A stretch of DNA of 33,070 nucleotides, from UHGV virus genome UHGV-1834275; one strand, written 5' to 3'. Position numbers and translations under genes: made by a program. Shown piece by piece: positions 13,600 through 23,098 of this stretch; position 1 is the first letter of the stretch, and each line of letters begins with the position of its first letter. Source of the DNA: a virus. The notes under the pieces were generated by a model. It made no database searches and was not told the DNA's origin. It was given only the letters and a program-made list of their open reading frames with translations.

Positions 13600-16500
13600 T
13601 TATTTATTCATTAGTTGTTGTACTAATGCTTTTAGTTCATCAATTTGTGATTGTTGATAATCATTATCTTTCTTCAATGATTGAACCGATCCCATTAAAT
13701 CCATAACAATTGGGTTAACATCGATAGACGGTCTATCGCGTGTTAGTTGTTCTACTATGTTTCCTTCTTCATCAAGTACTTCATCATAGATTTCTGGATT
13801 GTGTTTCACATACTGAGGTGTGTTTATTTCTGACTCTTCGGCAATAATCCCAAAACGCTGGCGTTTTTGTTCATCATCTTTATAGACAAAATTAACCATT
13901 TTTTGAGATAAAATTCTTTCTAACGCTTCGTCGGTTTTTGCTTCTACAATATCTTCTTTATAGTCTCTACCGGATGTACCTTGTAAAGCCAATGCACCAC
14001 CACCTAGCGGTAGTGAGATCCAATATTGTGGGCTTCCTGCTGCTGTGTAGGTCTGGAATCCGTAGTTGCCTACAGTTTCTGAAAAACCAGCACGGATACG
14101 TACAACACCATTTGATGCAAGATTACATGTATAAGAGGCTGAACCGTTGGAACGTAGCATAATTGCATCAGTACCAGCACTTGAACCACCACACGTAACA
14201 CGGTTGCTAGTTACATCGAATGTACCAGCACATGTAGTATTACCTAATGCAGTAATAACACCGCCGAAATTCATGGTATTAGTAGTACGTGAATAGTTGA
14301 ATAGAGCTACACCACCTGTATTATCACGGTTTAAACGGAATGATCCACCATCTGCTACAAATAGATATGTACTATCTGAGGAATCCGATTCTACAAATGA
14401 TAAACATGGGTTTGTACTGGTAATAGTTAATGGGTTTGACGCTGCGTTAGAGAATTTAGCAGTACCATTATTAGTTACGTTGATACCCGGCGTTGTAATT
14501 AGACTACTGAAATAAGAGCCACCATTACTAAAGGTCATTAAGCCCTGTCCAACGGTTGCGGAACCTTCACCAACATAGATACGTGCATCATAATCGTTTC
14601 CAGTACCGCTACTGTGAAAATCAATAAATGATCCCGCCTTTGTTGTTGTACTGCCTAATTCAAAACCTACTGTACTTGTATTTAATGTACCAACCTGTAA
14701 GCCACCAGTTTTAATAGTTTGTGACCCGTTCCATTGGTTACCACCATCTAGCGTTGGGATAGTTACACCCAATTGATCATTCGTTAGGTATTCTTTCCAT
14801 GCAGTCCACCCCGCCGTACCAGCTAATACACGTCTCCATTTACGATTACTTGCGTAGGATGTATATTCTTGTACACAAGCCTGTGCGGTTCCTGCACCAG
14901 TTGGATATACGTATAAACCGCCAGCCTCGGCAATTGGGTATTTGTTAGCAGGGGTTGCACTTGCGTTTAGTGTTTGGTAATAGAATCCAGATTGAGCCGC
15001 ACCCAATGTATCTAGGTTAACACTAGCGGCTAGTGCCGTCTGACTACGGTACATTGCCTGTAAATTATTACGGGCTGCATCTACACTATTTGCACCAGTA
15101 CCGCCCTCTGTAATTGCAAGTTTATTCGTTAGTGTTAGTACACCATTGAAATGTAAACTTGCAGCCATAATATTCATTGAACCACTACCAGCCGCCGTAG
15201 TAGAACCGCCTGTAGATTGAATACGAGAATCATAATCTACGGTACTACCGGAACTGTGAAAATCAATATAAGATGTACTAGCCGCTACTGTAGAGCCAAT
15301 TTCAATACCGCCACCTGTGGAAGAATTAGCCGCAAATCTATTTTGATTGCCGTTAAATTGTTGGTTACCAGACCATGTATTTTCTGTACTTAATAGTGGG
15401 ATTGTTGCACCAGAAGTACCAGTATTAATTACTGCTGAAGTACCTAAGCCTAAGTTTGTACGTGCGTTAGCTACGTTAGTTAAATCAGATAGGTTACTTG
15501 CCTTAATAAGATACTTACCATCCATTGCAGTACTTGTAACGATACCTAAGTTTACTTGTGCCTGTGCAACGGTACTAGCACCTGTGCCACCGTTCGCCAC
15601 TGGTACGATATCGAAAGTACCCGCCGCTTTAACGCCTAAGTTTGTACGTGCTTCTGCTGCCGTCTTAGCACCAGTACCGCCATTTGCTACCGTTAGAGCT
15701 TGACCTAAAGTTAATGATCCTGCACTTGCTACGCCTAAAGTAGAAGTAGTGGTTTTAATACTTTCACCAGTGATTGCACCAGTTGCCTCTACATCTGCAC
15801 CCGTAATTTTATTTGCAGAAATTAAGCTATTGACTTTGACATTACCGGAAAATGTTTTATTCCCTGCAATAGTCTGATCACCAGTTAGAGCTACATACTT
15901 TGTATCACCTAGATTAGTTGTTAAAATACGTTGCCATGCGGTAGTCTGGTTTTTTGCATAGATTGCAAGTGAACCTGTTTTAGTCATTGCGATAGAACTA
16001 AAAGTAGTACCATCAATTAGACCTACACCCATCATATCAGCACTGGCTGGATTACCCACTTGTGACGCTGGGATCTTGATAAAGCTGTTACCTAGTGGGC
16101 GTTCTGGTTGATACTGTGGTACATCACCACCATTACTACCTACACCATAGGAACCTTCTACTAATGCTGCACTTGCTAACGCCGTACCATCACGTGTAAT
16201 AACGTCTGTAGGTACAAAAGAATAGGTTTTCATTACTACGGTATCTTTATCACCAGATACGTTAGCTGATTGGATTTGACCATTAACCATTGAATAATTG
16301 ATTAAACCATCTTCAATATTGTAGCGTAGTGTTAATTGAAATTCTTTTTGACTCTCGGTTGCAGCATCTAAGAAAGCATGTGTTTCATCATCTGGAATAT
16401 AGTTAACAGTAATATCAATATTATCTACGTTTTGTTCTGCTGCTAGTTTAGATGAGTACTCACTATCGTATGTTTCAAGTGTTTGTATCTCACTTTCGAT

Positions 16501-16626
16501 TCCAAATGACGGCATCGCTGCCAATTCGTTTATTTCTTCGTTGCCTGCATTATCGGGAATACGGTTAGCAGTATCATTATTATAGAATAACTTAAAGTTA
16601 TTACCTGTAAAAATATCATTACTCAT
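13600..16626 (-). CDS. Tail fibre protein with an N-terminal tail-tube-like domain and a C-terminal intramolecular chaperone (peptidase S74-like) domain
   Basis: N-terminus (MSNDIFTGNNFK...VNYIPDDETH...GDKDTVVMKTYSF) parallels the 152-aa protein (MPMDIFSGANLK...VNYLPDNETH...GDKDAVVTKSFNL). Repeated fibre motifs ANGGTGAKTAAEARTNLGV, ANGGTGASTVAQAQVNLGI, EGGTGANSVDAARNNLQA and IDFHSSGSTVDYDSRI / IDFHSSGTGNDYDARI. C-terminus TSGRDYKEDIVEAK... resembles the auto-cleaving chaperone domain of endosialidase-type fibres. Confidence 0.8.
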   Translation of the reverse strand: MSNDIFTGNNFKLFYNNDTANRIPDNAGNEEINELAAMPSFGIESEIQTLETYDSEYSSKLAAEQNVDNIDITVNYIPDDETHAFLDAATESQKEFQLTLRYNIEDGLINYSMVNGQIQSANVSGDKDTVVMKTYSFVPTDVITRDGTALASAALVEGSYGVGSNGGDVPQYQPERPLGNSFIKIPASQVGNPASADMMGVGLIDGTTFSSIAMTKTGSLAIYAKNQTTAWQRILTTNLGDTKYVALTGDQTIAGNKTFSGNVKVNSLISANKITGADVEATGAITGESIKTTTSTLGVASAGSLTLGQALTVANGGTGAKTAAEARTNLGVKAAGTFDIVPVANGGTGASTVAQAQVNLGIVTSTAMDGKYLIKASNLSDLTNVANARTNLGLGTSAVINTGTSGATIPLLSTENTWSGNQQFNGNQNRFAANSSTGGGIEIGSTVAASTSYIDFHSSGSTVDYDSRIQSTGGSTTAAGSGSMNIMAASLHFNGVLTLTNKLAITEGGTGANSVDAARNNLQAMYRSQTALAASVNLDTLGAAQSGFYYQTLNASATPANKYPIAEAGGLYVYPTGAGTAQACVQEYTSYASNRKWRRVLAGTAGWTAWKEYLTNDQLGVTIPTLDGGNQWNGSQTIKTGGLQVGTLNTSTVGFELGSTTTKAGSFIDFHSSGTGNDYDARIYVGEGSATVGQGLMTFSNGGSYFSSLITTPGINVTNNGTAKFSNAASNPLTITSTNPCLSFVESDSSDSTYLFVADGGSFRLNRDNTGGVALFNYSRTTNTMNFGGVITALGNTTCAGTFDVTSNRVTCGGSSAGTDAIMLRSNGSASYTCNLASNGVVRIRAGFSETVGNYGFQTYTAAGSPQYWISLPLGGGALALQGTSGRDYKEDIVEAKTDEALERILSQKMVNFVYKDDEQKRQRFGIIAEESEINTPQYVKHNPEIYDEVLDEEGNIVEQLTRDRPSIDVNPIVMDLMGSVQSLKKDNDYQQSQIDELKALVQQLMNK

Positions 16627-16640
16627 TTCTCTATATTTCC

Positions 16641-17045
16641 TTATTGTTTTTGAGTTGCTACAATATTTATAGAGAATGATAAAGATTGATAACCAGTAGT
16701 CGGATCTGTAACTACTTCCCCATTGTCGAATGCATATGATAATAGTGTTACTGCATTATCTTTAAATTCTTTAATTGTATTTGTTTTGAAATAATCCATA
16801 ATTTCCCCGAAAATATCGGCGGGAAGTTTTACTGATGGTTCGGGTACTAACAGGAATTGAAAATCAAATGTTCCCGTTTGTCTTTGAGTACCGAAATTTG
16901 TTAGGTTATAACTCTGGTTTACACTAACTAGAATGAATAGATCCTTACCTGCCTGAATATTCATAGCCTTTCGGATTGGTTGAATATTATTCAAACTCGT
17001 AATTATCGTGGTTTGTACGTCTTTTAACAGTGCCATAATTACCAC
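16641..17045 (-). CDS. Head-tail joining or tail completion protein candidate (likely starts at ATG 17036)
   Basis: Position between capsid and tail genes; the ORF-track start is GTG; an ATG 3 codons in is 2 nt after the upstream stop, with GGGTGG upstream. Confidence 0.4.
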   Translation of the reverse strand: MVIMALLKDVQTTIITSLNNIQPIRKAMNIQAGKDLFILVSVNQSYNLTNFGTQRQTGTFDFQFLLVPEPSVKLPADIFGEIMDYFKTNTIKEFKDNAVTLLSYAFDNGEVVTDPTTGYQSLSFSINIVATQKQ

Positions 17046-17248
17046 CCATAGTTATTAATGGATGTTAGGCGTATATAGATTTCACTGATACCGCTTAAAT
17101 CATCGTATACATTACTTACTGTATAACTAACACCGCCGATACCTAGAATAGTACCTGCTGTAATATTATGCGTTTTAATATCTGCTGACTTTGCAGAAAT
17201 AAACGTTTCTACACTTTCTACTAATCCTTCAGTACCGCTATCTAACAC
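17039..17248 (-). CDS. Small hypothetical protein (GTG start in the track)
   Basis: ORF only; non-ATG start; overlaps small ORF 17242..17358. Confidence 0.3.
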   Translation of the reverse strand: MLDSGTEGLVESVETFISAKSADIKTHNITAGTILGIGGVSYTVSNVYDDLSGISEIYIRLTSINNYGW

Positions 17249-17358
17249 AACGGGCGTACATCTACTATACCCGTAAATGACGCCCCGTTAATTGTGATAG
17301 GTTCACCAAAGGCATTTAAGAAAGTAGAATCAATTTGATTACTTGTAAAATGCCTCAT
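17242..17358 (-). CDS. Small ORF (38 aa) immediately after the capsid gene; not in the supplied track
   Basis: ATG at 17358 preceded by AAGGA about 8 nt upstream, directly after the capsid stop; translation MRHFTSNQIDSTFLNAFGEPITINGASFTGIVDVRPLC. Confidence 0.3.
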   Translation of the reverse strand: MRHFTSNQIDSTFLNAFGEPITINGASFTGIVDVRPLC

Positions 17359-17367
17359 GGGTAATCC

Positions 17368-19218
17368 TTATGCTTGTAGTTTAATTTGTACGAATGCTTC
17401 CTCGTGACCGATTGCAGTGTCGAGATATTGGAAACTACGAATAGCGATAGTTTGAGCCGCACGATAAGTAGTATCGTCAAAATCTAGTTCTTGGCCTTCA
17501 TTCCAGTTAGCGAAAATTAGCTCTGAGAAGTCACCGATTAGAATGGTATCTTGTGCAACGAAAGTAGATTCAATTACACGTACTTCATCGTTTAGCCACA
17601 TGTCATAGCGATGACCTGCTACCATTGCTACGGCTGCGGTATTGCTGAGAACTGCGGTTTGACGTAGTTTTGCTAGCATTGCTGGATGCACGATAGCTAC
17701 ACAACGATTAACATCAACGTTTGCTACACCTAGTGCCTCAATTGCTTTTTGTACGTCTGCTTCGGTTACTGTACCCGCTGCTGCTGTTTCTTGTACTGGT
17801 ACTGCTAGTGCAATTTTATCAAATACTGCTTTTTCTAGACCGTTAGAGCAATGGCGTAGTAGTTCATCAGTTACATAACGTTCAGTTGCTGCATTGCTTA
17901 GTAGCATTGCTTTAGTAACTTTAATACCTGCTGCAAACATAGTAGGCTTTAGAGTGATCTTGTCGAAAGATTCAAAACCATCTACTACGGATTCATCTTC
18001 ACCGTAGAATTTCGCTACAGGGTTCATACCTTTAGCACGTGGGATAGAGAAATTACCACGACCTGCTAGGCCACCAAATACAGTAACAGGTAGTTGACCT
18101 AGTACAGTACGTGCTAGTAGTTCACGTAGATAAGAGTCGGCTAGTTGTTCTTTAACTAGACCTGCTGCGGTAACAGTAGAGGTAGTATCTGAAGTAGAAC
18201 GTACCATTGCATTTAGATCAGCACTATAACCACGTGAACCTTTATCAAAAGTTGCTAGTTGGTTATCTTCACCTTTAAGACTACGTAGACCTTCAGCGAT
18301 TAGAGATTTATTTTCCATTTGTTTGATATCCTTATCAATTGATTTATCTTTATTTAGTAGTGAGCGTTTAAATTCATCTACGCTTACACCGTTTTTAATT
18401 GCTTCTTCGGTACTAATCCCTAGTACGTTAGAAATAGATTGAAGTTCGCGTACACGCTTATCTTCTACATCTTTATTTAGTTTTTCTTGAATATTGATTT
18501 CAGTAGTTGCAATAGAACGTTCTTCTACTAGTTCCACTTCTTGAAGTGGTTCGGATACTTCTTCTTTTACTTCTTCTTCTTTCACATCTTCAGCGACTAC
18601 TACAACTTCTTCAGTAACTTCTAATTCTGGTTGTACTTCTACTTCCTGAATTTCTTCTACGGCTTCTACTTGTGGTAATTCTTGTTTTTGTTCTTCCATG
18701 ATTGGTTGATCCTCTAAAGTGATTTCTTCATTTCTATTTAGTGATCTTCCAATTCCTACTGTATTGTCTGCGGGGGTACTTACTGAACTTAATTCATATG
18801 GTTCCCATCGAGTTACATATAAATTATCACCTTCAAAGTAATAATCTTTAATGTTGTAACCTACTGATACTTTCGGGCGAATGCCTTCTAAGATCATACC
18901 GAAAATAGTTGTAGCACTTCCTAAAGCACTAAAGCGTACTGTTGCACGACATACTTTATCCATATCTACGCGGGCGTTTTCTACTATTCCAACTTGACGC
19001 ATTGCATCATGTTCTACTAGAACTGGTGCACCATCATTAAGACGGTTTAAATCTACGTTCTCTGGATTGCATAGAAGGATCTCATTAAATAGAGATCCGT
19101 TGATTTCGCGAGTTACTGGAATTTCTGAGGCAAAAGATAATTCGACGGTACGATCATTTTCATCAATAGCATTACTGATCTGTGTTAGATTGATCGCCCT
19201 CTTCTGGTTCAATTCCAT
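17368..19218 (-). CDS. Prohead protease - acidic scaffold-like linker - major capsid protein, encoded as a single ORF
   Basis: N-terminal ~160 aa resemble HK97-family prohead protease (VLVEHD...QVG; KVSVGY; YELSSVSTPADN similar to E.SLV..PA); a Glu/Val-rich linker (EEVEVQPELEVTEEVVVVAEDVKEEEVKEE); C-terminal ~300 aa of capsid-like composition. It is the only capsid candidate between portal and tail genes. Confidence 0.7.
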   Translation of the reverse strand: MELNQKRAINLTQISNAIDENDRTVELSFASEIPVTREINGSLFNEILLCNPENVDLNRLNDGAPVLVEHDAMRQVGIVENARVDMDKVCRATVRFSALGSATTIFGMILEGIRPKVSVGYNIKDYYFEGDNLYVTRWEPYELSSVSTPADNTVGIGRSLNRNEEITLEDQPIMEEQKQELPQVEAVEEIQEVEVQPELEVTEEVVVVAEDVKEEEVKEEVSEPLQEVELVEERSIATTEINIQEKLNKDVEDKRVRELQSISNVLGISTEEAIKNGVSVDEFKRSLLNKDKSIDKDIKQMENKSLIAEGLRSLKGEDNQLATFDKGSRGYSADLNAMVRSTSDTTSTVTAAGLVKEQLADSYLRELLARTVLGQLPVTVFGGLAGRGNFSIPRAKGMNPVAKFYGEDESVVDGFESFDKITLKPTMFAAGIKVTKAMLLSNAATERYVTDELLRHCSNGLEKAVFDKIALAVPVQETAAAGTVTEADVQKAIEALGVANVDVNRCVAIVHPAMLAKLRQTAVLSNTAAVAMVAGHRYDMWLNDEVRVIESTFVAQDTILIGDFSELIFANWNEGQELDFDDTTYRAAQTIAIRSFQYLDTAIGHEEAFVQIKLQA

Positions 19219-20665
19219 TTTCCATTTTTTCCTTTTGTATTTCTTCCATGACTACCGCCGGGTCATAACCCATTTCACTAATAACCATTGCTTTACTCTT
19301 AAGTCCTGAATCAATTGCAAGTACCTCAGTTTGAAGGTCTTTATATGGATCAAGTGAGATTTGGCGAGTTGGTACATATTGGGCATGAGTTAGATTATTG
19401 AAGTCACTAAAACTTAAATTGCTTAATGCACTATTATTTATCATTGCTGCTTTCAACCACGTAACATAAAGAGGCTTAAGTACAGAAACGATTAACGCAT
19501 TAGTACGAGTTTTAAATGTTGATTGTTGTAGTTTGTCCGTTAGTTTTGCTGCACTAAATGAAGCATTACTAGTATCAGAGGTTAGGGATTGTTTTGTAAT
19601 ATCAAGCCCCATTGCAATCATCATTAATTGGTTATCTACGAATTCACTAATACCATCTGTAGTTTGTGTAGGGTTAACAGTTTTAATATCCTGTCCTGCC
19701 TGTAGTTCTACGATAGCTGCCGGATTTAGATAATCTTGTTCATAGTAAGAAACATCATCACCTTTTAGTAATTCGATTTCATCACTATCTGGATTAGTAA
19801 TAAATGCCATTGCTGAAGCTGCTACTTTACGAGAAGTAATAGCCGCAACCATGAATTCTTCTAATTCTTTTAATTTATCAGTACCTGCATGTACATCTGG
19901 AATACCGCGTTGCTGTGTTGGGTAGTCCTGCTGGAATAGGTGTAGAATCTCTTCTGCTGGTACTCGTTCACGTTCACCTAAAAGGTAGTTGTACATGATA
20001 GGGTTATAGCGAGTAATCCAATATGCAACCGGGCGATTAGTATCAATATCAAATTCAATACCATTACTGATATAGTTACCTGAAGGTAGAATCTGGTTTT
20101 CATATGTACTAATTCGCATTGAGTCGATGATCTCTACCTGTGGCATACCATCACGCGTTTGGTGAATGCGGATAAAGCAATCTCCATCGATACTACGAGT
20201 ACGTTCTACAAGGCGTTGGAATGTACTGATATCAAGCGTACCGCAACGGGAAAAGGCTTTAGGATCTTCGGCCCATGCATAAAAAGCATCTTCTAACTGT
20301 TTATTCACCTGTTGGTTTACTTTGTCATCCTGTGAACTATGCGAACAAGGGCGAATATATAGACCATCTGCACCAGTAACACCCGCTGAGTTAGTCGCAA
20401 CGTACTTTTTAACGATACCGTTTTTAATAGATAGTTCACGGCTTGCCGCTACCATCACTGGTAAAGTACGATTAATAATTGCGTTAATGTTCCCGGCTTG
20501 ATTTCCTGCGGTGAATCCGAATGAAATAACAGGACTACTTGAACCTAGATTTAGGGAAGTCATAGCACGTTTCATTGGGTTGTTTTTCATTAATGCAGTT
20601 TTATGTATTTGTACTTTTGGTTTTTCTGGTTCCTGTACTTTTTTATTTTTATTCCATCCGAACAT
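19172..20665 (-). CDS. Portal protein (lambda gpB-like family)
   Basis: 497 aa, immediately downstream of terminase and the small head gene and upstream of the protease/capsid gene; acidic C-terminus; overall resemblance to lambda-family portal proteins by eye. Start overlaps the upstream stop (TAATG). Confidence 0.8.
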   Translation of the reverse strand: MFGWNKNKKVQEPEKPKVQIHKTALMKNNPMKRAMTSLNLGSSSPVISFGFTAGNQAGNINAIINRTLPVMVAASRELSIKNGIVKKYVATNSAGVTGADGLYIRPCSHSSQDDKVNQQVNKQLEDAFYAWAEDPKAFSRCGTLDISTFQRLVERTRSIDGDCFIRIHQTRDGMPQVEIIDSMRISTYENQILPSGNYISNGIEFDIDTNRPVAYWITRYNPIMYNYLLGERERVPAEEILHLFQQDYPTQQRGIPDVHAGTDKLKELEEFMVAAITSRKVAASAMAFITNPDSDEIELLKGDDVSYYEQDYLNPAAIVELQAGQDIKTVNPTQTTDGISEFVDNQLMMIAMGLDITKQSLTSDTSNASFSAAKLTDKLQQSTFKTRTNALIVSVLKPLYVTWLKAAMINNSALSNLSFSDFNNLTHAQYVPTRQISLDPYKDLQTEVLAIDSGLKSKAMVISEMGYDPAVVMEEIQKEKMENGIEPEEGDQSNTDQ

Positions 20666-21156
20666 TAACGCCCCCTATGAAATGTTGTAATAGATTTAAT
20701 AGGGCTACCTGCGTTTAGTCCTTTCATATCTGAAATTAAATCGTTTGCCCTTTTAACATAGGTAGAACGTAGGCGTAGAAGTACTTCGCTTGATTCATAA
20801 GTTAGGGCTTTATTTTGTATTGATTGACTTAGTACACCACCACCTTTAATACGGTCTAGTGTAATTTGGTCAATATCTTTTATGATCTGAATTAGATCAT
20901 TATATTCTGAGGCTTTACTAGTTGGATCAGTTACTTCAAATTGTTGTACACCGTATGCTTTAGGACTATCAATAATTGCAGTCCAGATACCCACGCCCCA
21001 CGTATTAGTATCAATATCAGGGAATGGGTAAACATAGGAAGTTTTAACACCGTTAGGATCTATCAAATCGATATTAGTTCCTTCTGGATAGTTGAAAGTA
21101 ATTGTTTCACCTTTGATAATATCGCCTTTTAAATCAACTTTGCGAACAATTGCCAT
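20665..21156 (-). CDS. Hypothetical head-module protein (start placed at internal ATG 21156)
   Basis: ORF between large terminase and portal; AAGGA about 10 nt upstream of the ATG at 21156, which lies just after the terminase stop; the track start at 21192 would overlap terminase by 23 nt. Confidence 0.5.
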   Translation of the reverse strand: MAIVRKVDLKGDIIKGETITFNYPEGTNIDLIDPNGVKTSYVYPFPDIDTNTWGVGIWTAIIDSPKAYGVQQFEVTDPTSKASEYNDLIQIIKDIDQITLDRIKGGGVLSQSIQNKALTYESSEVLLRLRSTYVKRANDLISDMKGLNAGSPIKSITTFHRGR

Positions 21157-21169
21157 TTGTTTTATTTCC

Positions 21170-23098
21170 TTATTTAAAGAATCCTCCACCACGTCTAGAC
21201 GGACGTACTACACGACCTGTTTTTACTGGTGCTGGTTCTTCTTTATTTACTTCTTTATTTAGTCCTTTCTCTTTTTGTTTGGCGTTGAATTCGCGTAGTT
21301 TGCGGAATGGCTGATTACCTAATTTAGATAGATACCAGTGGAAACATATTAAAGCGTAGTTAAGACAATCAAGCGTTTCATTCCTTGCTGAACTAATTTT
21401 CTTAACCCATACCCACGCCCCAGCTTTAATAACTCTCTTCTCACTTGATACCTGAATAAAGTAATCATCTGGTACTGAATGGCTGAAGTGTATTTGTACT
21501 TCACTACTATTACCACTATCCGATACTGCACGGTTTAATAGTTGTCTAATATTACTTTTCCCTAAGTTTACGTTTAGGTTTATTAGACTATGACCACCAG
21601 CCGTAGAGCCTTTAAAGAGTGGGTTAGTATTTGAAGTACCGCCCTTGATTGGTTTAAAGATTGTCGATGCACTACAATAGCGATATACCGTACTGGTTGC
21701 GTTACCGTTCGAACTATCTACAAAACCTGCAAGTACTTTAAGTGGTTTACCGGATACGGTTTTAAAGTTAGTTTGTGAAAATGCTGTTAGCTTATTCCAT
21801 GCGGGAGCCTCTATTTTAGTACAGTCAATGCTATGAATACTGCGATGATCGAGTACATAAAGATTCTTTTCACTTATTCCTAACGTTGTTACTTCAAGGC
21901 GGTCTAACTGTTGGTCTACACCTAGTACGATTCCTTGACAGTCATCCGGCACGGTATCTATATCTATTGAACTATCACGTAGGTTTTCAAGTAATACTAA
22001 ATCATGATCGGTATTCTCTTTATCAATATAAGGAAGTCCTAAGACGTTATTGTAGAATGAGGCTAGATCAAATGTATAATGTGCTTCGGCAAAATCCTGT
22101 ACTATTGATTTGATCGAGTTAATCGGGGAGTATAAACGGCTAATATGATACCCCATGATATCCGTTACTTCTGGTACTGTAGCTATCCATTCACCCTTAC
22201 GTACCATTCTTACACGTTCGGCTTCTGTGATTACATTATTACACTTAGGACATTGTAGTTTTGCTGTCTCTGCATCTGGAATGCGACGACGACCACCATC
22301 AATAATTTTCCAGTCGAATTTAACATTTTCAAATACTAATTCATGTGCATGATCACAATGTGGGCAAGGTACGTAGAACTTCTGTTTATTACTTTGCTCG
22401 TACTGCTGAGTGATTAAATCATTCTCATCAAGTGGTGTAGAACAAACCATAATAAGAGGGTTGCTAAAAGCCTTTGTACGCTGTTCTGCTAGCTTTAGTG
22501 GGTTCCCTTCATCACCATCTGCATCTACGTTAGATATTTCGTCAAGAAAGATACGGGGGGCTGTCAAGCCTCGCAAATTCGCACTACTACCCAATGTTAG
22601 GAAGTACGTAAAAGTACCGTCTAAGTTTTGTTGTGTCTTATCATTATTAGTATAGTTTTTATCATTCTTATTACTGACTAGATTTTTAAGTACTGCACAT
22701 GCTTCGATTACTGATTGCCATTTACCAGTACGAAACTTACTAGTAGTGCTGGCTGTTGCACCTGCGAAAATTAGATTGCTTGGATCATTTGCGAGGAAGT
22801 AGTACATACTATTCTGTAAAACTGTTGTTTTGAGAAGTTGTGCACTGCTCATCAAAACTATTTTTCTAATTCTTGGATTAGTAATGTCATTTATGGGCTT
22901 GTGCTGAAAGGAAAATAACTTTACGCGTTGTCCTTGTAGTTCCCCATCCGGGAATACTAAATTATTCTCTACCCATTCCGCTGGTAGTTGTCGCTTCGGA
23001 GGTAGGATCGACTTCGCCGCCCTCGTTAGTACCTTCATCATCTTCTGGTAGTTGTTCATCCGTGTATGTTCCTTCATATTCATAGCTACCAATTTCAT
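21170..23098 (-). CDS. Terminase large subunit, lambda GpA family
   Basis: LPAEWVENNLVFPDGELQGQRVKLFSFQ...SAQLLKTT parallels the lambda gpA N-terminus (TAVEWADANYYLP...FQ...SAR); C4 zinc-ribbon CPHCDHAHEL...CPKCNNV as in gpA (CPHCGEE...); C-terminal NETLDCLNYAL resembles gpA NEALDCFVYAL. The true start is probably an internal Met, since the ORF overlaps the small-subunit gene by up to 137 nt. Confidence 0.9.
   Translation of the reverse strand: MKLVAMNMKEHTRMNNYQKMMKVLTRAAKSILPPKRQLPAEWVENNLVFPDGELQGQRVKLFSFQHKPINDITNPRIRKIVLMSSAQLLKTTVLQNSMYYFLANDPSNLIFAGATASTTSKFRTGKWQSVIEACAVLKNLVSNKNDKNYTNNDKTQQNLDGTFTYFLTLGSSANLRGLTAPRIFLDEISNVDADGDEGNPLKLAEQRTKAFSNPLIMVCSTPLDENDLITQQYEQSNKQKFYVPCPHCDHAHELVFENVKFDWKIIDGGRRRIPDAETAKLQCPKCNNVITEAERVRMVRKGEWIATVPEVTDIMGYHISRLYSPINSIKSIVQDFAEAHYTFDLASFYNNVLGLPYIDKENTDHDLVLLENLRDSSIDIDTVPDDCQGIVLGVDQQLDRLEVTTLGISEKNLYVLDHRSIHSIDCTKIEAPAWNKLTAFSQTNFKTVSGKPLKVLAGFVDSSNGNATSTVYRYCSASTIFKPIKGGTSNTNPLFKGSTAGGHSLINLNVNLGKSNIRQLLNRAVSDSGNSSEVQIHFSHSVPDDYFIQVSSEKRVIKAGAWVWVKKISSARNETLDCLNYALICFHWYLSKLGNQPFRKLREFNAKQKEKGLNKEVNKEEPAPVKTGRVVRPSRRGGGFFK

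Noticed and set aside
13379-14515. Plus-strand ORFs (92, 74 and 72 aa) within the fibre and tail-tube genes
   Set aside because: All lie antisense inside long, well-supported minus-strand genes, with no ribosome-binding sites or conservation cues.
15347-15703. 118-aa plus-strand ORF with repetitive PVPPFATG translation
   Set aside because: Mirror image of the repeated GGTGA...ARTNLG-coding DNA of the fibre gene; the repetition comes from the minus-strand gene.
19067-19733. Plus-strand ORFs (80 and 66 aa) in the portal/capsid region
   Set aside because: Antisense to the portal and capsid genes; no supporting signals.
20941-22655. Plus-strand ORFs (60-81 aa) in the terminase region, plus the 60-aa minus ORF at 21349..21531
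   Set aside because: All are embedded in or antisense to the GpA-like terminase reading frame, which has strong motif support.
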